DNA of 64,000 nt. Source: Octopus sinensis. Taxonomy: Eukaryota. How positions within the stretch are numbered: position 1 is the stretch's first letter; every line of letters begins with the position of its first letter. The stretch is from NCBI RefSeq assembly GCF_006345805.1, contig NC_043005.1:79174001-79238000 (forward strand), read 5' to 3'. The translations under genes were made by a program, and so were the position numbers. The notes below the pieces were generated by a model. The model was given only the letters and a program-made list of their open reading frames with translations, had not been told where the DNA came from and made no database searches. Below, one piece after another: positions 52,797-64,000 of the stretch.

Positions 52797-53229
52797 CATA
52801 AATATGCATGTGAAAATATGTATACACATACACACATATATTACTTGTGCCAAAATTAAATTAGGCGATATGGTTAAAATTTAATTTCGCTTGAAATATT
52901 TCACTGCTAATATACACTCCAAAAGATATGATCTTATCTCATGGAATGCTGATTCCTCAATACAAAGTGTCTACACTGCAGAAGATCTTACGAACTATTA
53001 ACACGTACTAGACATTTTCGGAGCAGTGTGTCGTGTTTTGCGCGCATCTGCGTCTACATAGAAACTGTGTTTCAATATTTTTTTTCTTTTTTTATGACAT
53101 ATGGAATAATAACGTATTCTTATAAAAAGAATGATAGATAGGTATGGATAATTATTGTTGGATGTAAGAATATTTATAACTAAAGGCTCCTACTCTTGAC
53201 CTGAACACCCGATGGTACGAAGCAATGCC

Positions 53230-53747
53230 CAGCTATATACATACATGCATACATACATACATACATACATACATACATGCATACATATATAGATACATAC
53301 ATACATACATATATATAGAAATGCATATATATATATGTACATAAGTATATGTATATAGATATAGATATATATAGATATATATATATACATATGTATATAC
53401 ACACGCACATATATATATGTATGTAAGTAGATGTATATGTGTATGTATATGTATTATATATATATATAAGCTTACGTACGTATATACATACACACACACA
53501 CGTGTATATATATATATATATATACAGTCATACATATATATATGTGTGTAAATCAATAATTATATATGTATGCATATATATCTGCATGCGTATGCATATA
53601 GTATTCTTGAACAATGCCTCAACATATACACCCTGAACAGATAAACGCCACCGATCACGTGTGCATGTATTTATGTGCGAAACGTGGAATCTATTTTCGA
53701 ACCTATCTAGCTCCATATACAAACAAATGCCTCTCTTTTTCTCTCTC

Positions 53748-53793
<46 letters not shown>

Positions 53794-54178
53794 CGTACGT
53801 GTGTGTGTGTAAATTCATTTTTATATGCGTGCATATATGTATATATACATATATATACATAGGTGTTATATACTTGTTTTGTTTTTAAATATACAACAAC
53901 AGTATTACTAAGACATATTCACACGTGTGTATACATTTGTGTTTGTGTACGTATACGTAAGTGTTTTTGCATGATTATATATTGTGTATATGAATTAATG
54001 TATATACACAATGAATAACTTGGTTGTATTAAAAAGATGCTGCTTGCCATGAAGGAGAAAAGGAAAAAAAAAAAATATAACATTCATTTAAAGTAACCAA
54101 CGTATCATCTCAGAACGGAAACAAAGTACGTACACACTTCATATGCCTATATATATATATATATATCTATATATATAA

Positions 54179-54217
<39 letters not shown>

Positions 54218-54218
54218 C

Positions 54219-54261
<43 letters not shown>

Positions 54262-54273
54262 TATTATATATAC

Positions 54274-54308
<35 letters not shown>

Positions 54309-54321
54309 GTATATATATATG

Positions 54322-54360
<39 letters not shown>

Positions 54361-54408
54361 GCATATAGGTAGGTAGATAGATAGATTCATAGATAGTTAG
54401 ATAGATAG

Positions 54409-54450
<42 letters not shown>

Positions 54451-54997
54451 ATATATATTATATGTATGTACACGAATATATGTGTAGACATACAGAAAAA
54501 ATGTCTTATTTCTGGATTGTTTTCATAACCTTTATTATATTGTATTATGTTATATGATATATATTTTTTCGTACATTCCTTGTTGTTTGGAATTGCATGT
54601 TTTCACAATGTTTTTGTAGTGCTGACACCTTTGTCCATCAGATTTCTCTGTCGAAACGGAAATTGCACACACGTCAATGGCTAATAGTAAGAAGGACCAT
54701 TGAAGGGGGAATGAGACCATAAGTGCAAAGCTGTATGGGTATTCATTGCCTGCACAAAGGAAACAGTAGGGGCAGGAAATTACATATCTCTGAACTCATG
54801 TGCTGTGGCACAAAAGGATAACTATGATGACAACATTCATTCAAATACAACTCATCCTAAAACTCGCCATTTTTTTTTCAATTTTTTTTGTCGAGGTTTT
54901 TAGTTCTCATTTCTTTTCCTTCAATAAATAGGCTGCTGATACATACATACATATATACATACACACACACACATATACACACACATGTATATATACA

Positions 54998-55038
<41 letters not shown>

Positions 55039-55201
55039 CATGTATATATACGTATATATGCATGTGTAATTTGGCTTGTTATTGGTATATTTATTTTTTA
55101 TTACAAAAATCAATATATAGGTTTAAGAGTAAAATATGTTTTAAAATTTATATATACTTATATTGTTCAAGTCACATACACACCAGCTCAGGTTCAAACG
55201 C

Positions 55202-55232
<31 letters not shown>

Positions 55233-56119
55233 TGTATGTATGTATCTATCTATCTATCTACCTATCTATATATAAAGATATGCATATATATTTAGTTATA
55301 TATATATAGGTATATGTATATAGGTATATATAAAATTACGTATACATATATAGACTGTTATATACATATATGTATGTGTGTGAATATATATACATGCGTA
55401 TATATGTAAATTTCTATATATAGACATTTATAAATGCGTGTATATAAATATATATACACTTATATACACATATATACATGTTTATATATATATATAAATG
55501 TGTGTATGTATACACATATGTATATATACACACACATGCATGCGTACACACAAACTTACAAACACACGCACACATATATATGCATGTTCACACATACACG
55601 TATTCGCACACATAAATGCCTTCACGTTTATGTATACATCCATACATATGCGCATACTCCTACAATGGCCTGTTTGTATGAGGTCGTTTTATATGCACGT
55701 ATTGAATATTATTTTCTTATCTACAATATATATTTTTTATATTTCGAATTATTTACATATATTTTTATCCGCTATTCTTTTCTTTTCAATTCTCTTTTCT
55801 CCTTTCATTTTTACTACGTTATTTTTTTTCAGTTTATTTTTAATGTATATATTTGCTTTTGTAATTAAATATATACAAGAGCTTGTCTACTTCATGTTAT
55901 ACTTTTGCCATATTTTCTTTTATTATTTGTTTTATTTCTACCTAGATGCATATCAATATATTTTAAGAACGGCACATGCGTCTACATATTACATATATCG
56001 AATTGTATGTTTCACACACACATACATATGTATAAATATGTACATCTATATCAAAGCATGTTGTATGCATATGTCTATGTGTGTATGTATGTATGTATGT
56101 ATGTATGTATGTATGTATG

Positions 56120-56212
<93 letters not shown>

Positions 56213-56366
56213 CAGGCGTTTCTAAAAATTGAGAATATTTTCGCTAACTTACTGTTCTTACGCACATACATGCTTATGTATATGTATAGAATTACGTATA
56301 TGTGTGTATGTGTGTTTGCGTGCGCGTATGAGTGTGTGCGATTACGTATATATCTATATATGTTAA

Positions 56367-56397
<31 letters not shown>

Positions 56398-56513
56398 GCG
56401 TTTATGCATGCCTATATATGTATGTGATGGTGTGTGTGTGTGTATGCATTTATGTATATACGAAAATATATGAACGCATACATACATGTACATATATATA
56501 CACATACATACAT

Positions 56514-56579
<66 letters not shown>

Positions 56580-56770
56580 GTATGTATGTATGCAACGAAT
56601 ATATGAATCAATGTCTGTACACCTACATGTAACCGTGCGTGTATTTGTATACATGAATATATAACATACATACATACATAAATACATAAATACATACATA
56701 TATACATATATATACATATATATATATACATACATACATATATATATATGTATATGTATGTATATGTATG
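53230..56770. repeat. Microsatellite-dominated block: (TA)n, (TATG)n, (CATA)n, (TAGA)n
   Basis: Visible runs; similar blocks at 14100-16700, 17880-18400, 39830-40225. Confidence 0.85.
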
Positions 56771-57974
56771 TATTAGCTTAGATGTGTGTATTTAACATTA
56801 TATTTTGTGTTTCTTTATACTGTAGATAACAGAAGAGATAAAAGAATAAAGACTTACACAAAAAAAGAAACAACAACAAACAAACAAACATGCGGTTTAT
56901 ATAAAAGAAAATCCACCTCTTGATTGCTATTTTCCCTTCCTATACCTATAGTTATCACTATCTTATATTGGCAAACATTTTTCTGAAGAAAAAAAAAAAT
57001 CTATTGGAACAAATAATGTTCGTTCTTCATCTTTCTTCCTTTCTTCAGTTCTTTGAAATAACATTATTTTGGCTGACAGTGAAATTTGTTTGTTAATACT
57101 GTGCTGACGGAATATCGTAATAAAATTTCGTCGTTAGTGTTGATGGCGGCATTGACAGAGATGCTGGTTGTGCTTTTTGTAGAGGGATCTAGAAAAACAA
57201 AAAAATAACTATAGAAATAAATAAAATAAAAGAAGAGAAGAAAACTGTGAGAAGAAGAAGAAGGAGTCTGAAAGAGAATGACAACAAAAAATATATAAAT
57301 AAATATATCAAATAAAAAAGGGGTTTTAATCGAGTTAAGGAAAAAAAAAACTTACAAGATTATATAGGAGGTCATAAAAACTGTAAAAATACAAATTATA
57401 TAAAAAATATAACTTTACATTGAAATATCTCGCTGGCATGAAATGTTATTTAAAGATGAGATTTACCCCGTGTGTTTAATATCTTGCTATATTTTATCCT
57501 ACACCGTCGTACAAATATAAACATTTCACCCGATTATGCAAGAGTTTCTATACGTTTAGCCAATGTCTTTCAGAGATCCGATCCAGCACATGTAGATATA
57601 TATATATATATAAATACACACACAGGCGTACCCCCACACAAACATACCGACATATTCACATTCAGACGCACACATACACCAACACACATATACATATATA
57701 TACATACATACACGTATATATATATGTGTGTGTGTTGACAATAAGAGAGCACAAAACATCATTGTGCATTTACTGACCAACTAAATGTTATTTTACACTG
57801 TCATTCACTCATTTGTATGTGCGTTATATATTGAGGTTTAAATATACTACGAAATAGTAAACGTATAAGATGCAGAACCGTTCACAGCTTTTTTGTGAAT
57901 GCTTTTATCGATGTAGATGTAGGTTTACTATCATCATCATCATCATCATCATTATTGTTATTATTCTTTTAGTC

Positions 57975-58175
57975 TTTTACTTGTTTCAGTCATTTGACTG
58001 TGGCCATGCTGGAGCACCGCCTTTTAGTCGAGTAAATCGAACACAGGACATATTCTTTGTAAGCCTAGTACTTATTCTATCGTTTTTTTTTGTCGAATCG
58101 CTAAGTTACGGGGACATAAACACACCAGCATCTGTTGTCAAACGATGTTGGGGGGACAACCAGACACACACACAC

Positions 58176-58235
<60 letters not shown>

Positions 58236-58400
58236 ACATATATACAACGGGCTTTTTTCAGTTTCCGTCTTCTAAATCCACTCACAATGCTTTGGTCGGC
58301 CTGAGGCTATTGTAGGACACACTTGCCCAAGGTGCCATGCAGTGGGACTAAACCCGTAACCATGTGGTTGGTTAGCAAGCTACTTAACACACAGCCACGC
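57975..58400 (-). mobile_element. SINE family B with internal (CA)n
   Basis: Reverse complement of 43209-43580 type. Confidence 0.85.
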
Positions 58401-58474
58401 CTTCGCCTATTATTATTATCATTGTTTTTTTTTAAAAATATTATCATTGTTATTATTGTTGTTGTTGTTGTTAT

Positions 58475-58845
58475 TAAGGCGGCGAGCTGGGAGAAACGTT
58501 AGCACGCCGGGCGAAATGTTTAGCAGTATTTCGTCTGCCGCTACGTTCTGAGTTCAAATTCCACCGAGGTCGACTCTGCCTTCGGGGTCGATTAAATAAC
58601 TACTAGTTACGAACTGGGGTCGATATAATCGACTTAATCCGTTTGTCTGTCCTTGTTTGTTCTCTCTGTGTTTAGCCCCTTGTGGGTAGTAAAGAAATAG
58701 GTATTTTTCTGCCGTTACGTCGAAGTTCAAATAACGTCGGGGTCGATTTTTGCCATTTATTCTTTCGGGGTTGATAAATTAAGTACCAGTTGCGTACTAG
58801 GGTCGATGTATTCAACTAGTGCCCTCCTCACTAATTTGTACCTCC
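58475..58845 (+). mobile_element. SINE family A, dimeric
   Basis: aaggcggcgagctgggagaaacgttagcacgccgggcg..gagttcaaattcc. Confidence 0.85.
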
Positions 58846-58879
58846 AGTAGAAAGAATTATTATTATTATTATTATTATA

Positions 58880-58919
<40 letters not shown>

Positions 58920-58922
<3 letters not shown>

Positions 58923-59930
58923 AGCATCTTCCTTCAATTTTGTTTCCATTTCTTGCCGAGTGTCTTCCTGACACCTAGGGCAGAGAAACGTACTGTATAC
59001 AGTGGTAGGTCATTTAAACAAACACGCCAGTTTGTTCATTTACAGAGTCATATGATAGAGAAAAAGGGGAAGATAGAGTGAAAAAGGGAAGAAAATTCCC
59101 AGCGATAATGCTCTTCTCAATACGGGTGACGTACCAGTTACAAGAATCTTTTGCACTTCCTGCATGAATGGTAAGCCTCGCATAATTCTTAAATAACTTT
59201 CATTTCCGTTTTTCATCATTCCAGTTGCTTGTACAATCACTGGCATTGTAACCGTCTTGAGATGCCACATGTTTTCGATTTCGGTAACCCGACCTTTATA
59301 TTTTCTGAGCTCATCAAATTCTTTTGCCGAGATTTTATGGTCACAGGGTATGCTCATATCAATCAATAGAAAGACTTTATTGCTTTTGTCTTTCACAACA
59401 ATATCTGCTTTATTTTCCTTGATTGTCCGTTCTGTACAAACTGGGAACTCCCAAAGAATAGTTACATTTTCTCCCTCAGTTACATCCTCAGTGTAATGTT
59501 TGTACCACTTGTCAGCAGTTTTGATTTTATAATGCCGACACATTATCCAATGTAGATATTGGCCATTTCTGTCATGTCTCTATTTGTAGTCTACAGGTAC
59601 TAAAACCTAATGTCCATAGATTAGGTGGTCGACTGTTTCGATCCCGTCGTTTCAGTCTACACCACTTTTCATCACATTGGCTTGATAATTTCGGCCCAAT
59701 AAGCTCTGATCTTGGGCAGCCAAAATAAAACATTCTCTCTCTTTAGCCCTGAGCTCTATAGCCACTGATGGGTGTGATTCTAGTCTACATCAGCTTGTTT
59801 GCTACGGACCGCATATTAGTCATGCAGAGGTTTTTGTTCACACTTATCAGCCAATTGTTCAAGCGCATTTTGCTTTGCTATTGATTTCACCTTCTTTGCA
59901 ACTACACTTGCTCCACTTCCTTCATGCTGT
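58920..59930 (-). mobile_element. R4/Dong-clade (RLE) non-LTR retrotransposon 3' fragment ending in (TAA)n
   Basis: CFILAAQDQSL, ETVDHLI, RHDRNGQYLHWIMC, NKADIVVKDK..LIDMSIP..KYK (PD-(D/E)xK nuclease). Confidence 0.85.
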
Positions 59931-60417
59931 TCAACCTGAGTATTATGCATATATTCAACAGACACCAGAACAAACACTCACACAAACATCTAAAATTGCA
60001 GATGCCACACTCATAGCACACACAGACATAACCGAAATAACAACAAGACCGTCACGACTACAGTCAAGCAAACAAATTAAACAACACCAACACAAAACAA
60101 CCAGCTTCGTACTCATCAAAAGGGACAACGAGGAATTGATAATCATCGTAACCCAAAACATTGAATTTGAAACAGGAGGAGTGATATTCAAATCGAGCAC
60201 ATTTTGCCTACCAGATCTGCTTTTGGCATAAATGTCGCTCGGTTCCTACACAAAAATTAGAGGGATCTATCTTGGGGGTGAGGGAACCGCGAGCGTGAGA
60301 CCCATATCGAGACTCTTAAAGGGGTTCCCCCCAAACTCCCACTAATTATGGAAGACACCGCAGAGGTAACATTTCCCTTCTCTTTTTAACTTGTCAACAT
60401 GACCAAGAGGAGGAATT

Positions 60418-60960
60418 TTAAATGTTAGAGGACTGGAGTCGCACTGGAAGCAAGGGCACATGCTCAACGACCTCAAGTTTTAGAATTGGATGTAATTGCT
60501 GTCAGTGAGACTAGAATTTCCAATACACGCACACTGCCCCTTGTTCGACTACTATCAAATCTTTGTATCTGTTAGTTGGCCGGAAATGGGAGATGGAGTG
60601 ACAGTGCCGTTTAGGAAAGAACTCGATCTCAAAGTAAGGTCGATCTTCCGGGATCCAGACGGAAGGTTGGTGGTTCGGGCGTTACGCGTTCAATAATAGT
60701 GAAGGTGGTGACTTTAGATTGGTTGCCGTCTACGCTCCTGCCGGAGCCAAACGGCTGGATTTCTTAGGGTGTATGGAAGCCTTTCCAGTTGCGTTCACCC
60801 TTTACTGTTACTGGGGGTCTAGAACGGAATATTAAACCAACGCTAGGATTGTGTGTGAGTAGCTGATAGAAGAGGGAGATGCAAAAGCTTTAAGCATCTG
60901 ATCGGCCAGTTCCAACAGTCTGACAAGTACAGACGAGATTTTTACTTTGTTAAGATTACA
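60418..60960 (+). mobile_element. L1/Tx1-type AP-endonuclease fragment
   Basis: LNVRGL, DVIAVSET, DPDGRLVV, FRLVAVYAP across frameshifts. Confidence 0.75.
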
Positions 60961-61450
60961 TAGGACTGAGGTAACACCTCCAGAAGTTATAGAGAAATAA
61001 ACAGAAAGTCCTATATTATCTTAACAAAATAAAAATGAAGTAGACTGATAGGTAATTTTTCAAACTGTGGAAGATCGTTCAACCAATTTCACATGACAAC
61101 TATGGTACTCTTCTGTGAATTTCTCAATAACGTCTGGAGGAGTTACCTCAGTTCTACGTAATCTTAACAAAAAAGAAAAAAATGAAGTTGACTGACATGT
61201 AGTTTTTGAACCTGTGGAAGGCACGCTAGATGCCAAAATATCGTTCAAATTATTTCACATGATAACTATGGCACTTTCTGTTTATTTCTCTATAACTTCC
61301 ACTGGTTCCAAAATTTCATGTCAGTCAAAACTTTTTGATCTTTTTTTTTTGTGAAGATTTCATTGGACTGAGGTAACTCCTCCAGAAGTTTTAGAGAAAT
61401 AAACAGAAGAATGCCATAGTTGTCATGTGAAATTAGTTGAACGATATTAT
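60949..61450. repeat. Mosaic of direct and inverted copies of one unit (fold-back)
   Basis: ggactgaggtaac.cctccagaagtt.tagagaaataaacagaa forward at 60964 and 61365, reverse at 61108-61168. Confidence 0.7.
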
Positions 61451-62579
61451 AGAGAAATAATAGATGGGTTACAGCAAATATTCTGCTCAATACCACAAAT
61501 TTGCTTGTCAGTGGCTTGGCCATAACCGGTTGAGCATCTCCATTTATGTCTGACAATATGTCATCCCAGTAGAAGTAGCGGGTGCATCATAGTCATGTGT
61601 TGAGAGGAATTCCTTGGGGTTTGAATAATTTTCCTCTGGGAACATGGTTGTTTCGTTCAACATCCTTAAACGAACCTTATTCAGGGTCTTTTTCATTAGA
61701 AAGCGCTACTAACGAGAATTCTAACTGCTTCCCACCTGGAAGGTCATGAATTGTTCTCTTCCATATGAGATCACAATATCGCGCAATGCATATGCCCCGT
61801 GTACGCTTATTAGACGGGTAATGATGATAGTTATATTTGATCTCATATATTCTAAACCAGTGCCACTTTGATGAAAGGCACTGCCCTTTAACTCAGTAAT
61901 AATAGTGGTAATACTAACATCAACAATAACAACAACAATAATGATTTCATTTATTTGCCGCAAAGGTCGAAGGATGAGGAGCACAATACAAAGACAGACA
62001 TAAAGTGTGAGAGTTACGTTTAATGAAATGATTAAAAAAAAGGGATACAGGAAAGAAATAATGTATACACGGTATTCATTGAAAAAGGAAGGGACATATG
62101 CATAGCATACAAAGGTTGAAAAATAGTGATTGGGATGATGATAGAGATGTGACCCTCCTGATATAGTAAGGCTTCTCGGGATAAACGAGGAACTACACTG
62201 TCCGAGACCTCCCTGAAGCCCTAACAGCAAGTGCCCTTTCTAATTCCTTCTTTCCGACTCACAAGTCTACACTTAGAGAGGTTCCTTCTACTCTTGTTAT
62301 TTTCGTAACTTGCACCCACCTTTCAATAAACCCACCCGAGGACAGTATTTTCCGCTCCACTCTCAATTTCCTTTTCAACTGAAATTTGAAAAAGTCAATG
62401 AGAATTCTACCAAAGAGGGATGTATCTGTCCTCATGCCTTTCAGCCTTGCCCATCAAACACGCTCTTTCGTCACAGCTACCAGGCAAAGGAAAACTACCT
62501 TGCCTGCCCGATAAAAGGTGGGCGGCGTTGCGATCACAATTACCATATTGGCGGCGCAAGACCAAGATATGGCCACGAA

Positions 62580-63260
62580 CTGGAATGAGTAAATGTCTTT
62601 GGAATATGCAAATGTCTCTGCTGCGCCGCGTCTGTAGTAGCGTGAAAGAAACCATGGCTCATACCACAACGAATGTCCTAGACTTGCCCAAAACTATTAG
62701 AAGTTGTGGTGACATGATCAGGAAGCAAACATTCTACATTGGAAACTGTGCGGAAAGTGGAGGCTAAAGAGAGGCAACACGTGGTATGCGTACAATCGGC
62801 AGAGAGCGGTAGAGTAGGAGACTAACAAAATCCTCTGGGATTTCACAGTCCAAACAGATCAGGTGCTAGAGCATAACAGACCGAACCTAATGGTGGTTGA
62901 CAAGACGCATGTGCTATATAGTTGATGTTGCATGCCCCTTTGACACACGAATAGACAAGAAGGAAGGCGAAAAAATAGATAAATACAACCTTCTTAAGTA
63001 CGAAATAGTCCGGCTATGGAAAATGAAGGTGAAGATAGTGCCAATTATTGTTGGTTCCTCGTGAACAGTATCGAAAGACATCAAGGAAATTGGAATAGGG
63101 TGACCAGTAGAACTGTTACAAAACGTTTGTCTTCTTAGCACGGCCGGAACAATCAGGAAAGTATTAACTGAAAATAACGGATAGCATGGTACCGTAGGCT
63201 GCAAGTAGCAAGACCGCTACGCATGCAAGTGTCCGGGAGTTCCAACAAAACCTGTGATAA
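62580..63260 (+). mobile_element. Second, distinct R4/Dong-clade LINE 3' fragment ending in (TAA)n
   Basis: KETMAH..RHDQ..LHWKLC, ILWDFTVQTDQVLEHNRP, IVDVACPFD..EKIDKY..VPIIVG. Confidence 0.85.
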
Positions 63261-63278
63261 AAAGAAATAACGATAATG

Positions 63279-63352
<74 letters not shown>

Positions 63353-64000
63353 TAACAACAACCACAACAACAATAATAATAATGATCATAATAATAAAAA
63401 TAAAAAAATAATAATGATAATAATAGCAATGATAATATTAGTGATAATAATATGCTTTATATGTAATGCAAATAGGAAGAGGCATAGACTTCAAATTGAT
63501 TCTTAGATAGAACATAATCAAGATAAAAACAGATTTAAAAGAAAATAGAAAAAAGTGAATATAAACTAGTATATTTCACTACAAAGTACTGAAGTAACTC
63601 TGTTTGAAGAAACTCTTGCGGTTGTGATAATTATTCAGTTATTTCGGATAACATCACTTGAGTTTATAGTATTTTTATTTGTCGTTTGTTTCCTATTGGC
63701 TGACATAGTGAAATCCTAGCAAGTGCTTATTATACAGAAATAAACATCTTCCTAATCCGCAGTGACATACAATAGCTTCAACTATATGGTCACAGTTAGA
63801 CAAGGTGGAATGATACAAGAGTTCTCTAAGGTATAAAATGGACAGCAATTGAAAGTAAAAGTCGATTGGAAAATTTTGAAATGGTTCAACTCTTTCGTCG
63901 AAATCTTGTAATACAAATCAGAGTTCAAAAAGTCATAAGCGTTTTAATTAAGATCGCTTAGGTTAAATAACTTGGTCGTCAAGTACTATCAAAAATTCCA

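Overview
A 64-kb, very AT-rich animal genomic segment with dense microsatellites. The tRNA-derived SINEs and microsatellite density look like an octopod cephalopod genome (inference from repeat style, not a database match). It reads as intronic or intergenic DNA: no complete host gene, rRNA, true tRNA or CRISPR array is supportable, and nearly all entries in the ORF track are translations of microsatellites. Recognisable content: two decayed mariner transposons and a mariner MITE; fragments of RTE, CR1/L2-group, L1/Tx1 and R4/Dong LINEs; Penelope-like element (PLE) RT and GIY-YIG fragments; several tRNA-SINE families, some in tandem arrays; many fold-back structures; and one plausible 69-nt minus-strand exon. 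The most notable signal is about 11 minimal type-I hammerhead ribozyme (HHR) motifs plus 2 partial ones, from at least 5 repeat families. Where stem III is intact it is a self-complementary palindrome (ACGT, ACTAGT, ACTCGAGT, ACAGCTGT), several cores are non-canonical, and many motifs sit in inverted repeats. Minimal dimer-type HHRs in PLEs are an established phenomenon, so this is not a wholly new system. The specific core variants, the family-specific palindromes and the fold-backs centred on that palindrome are the parts worth testing.
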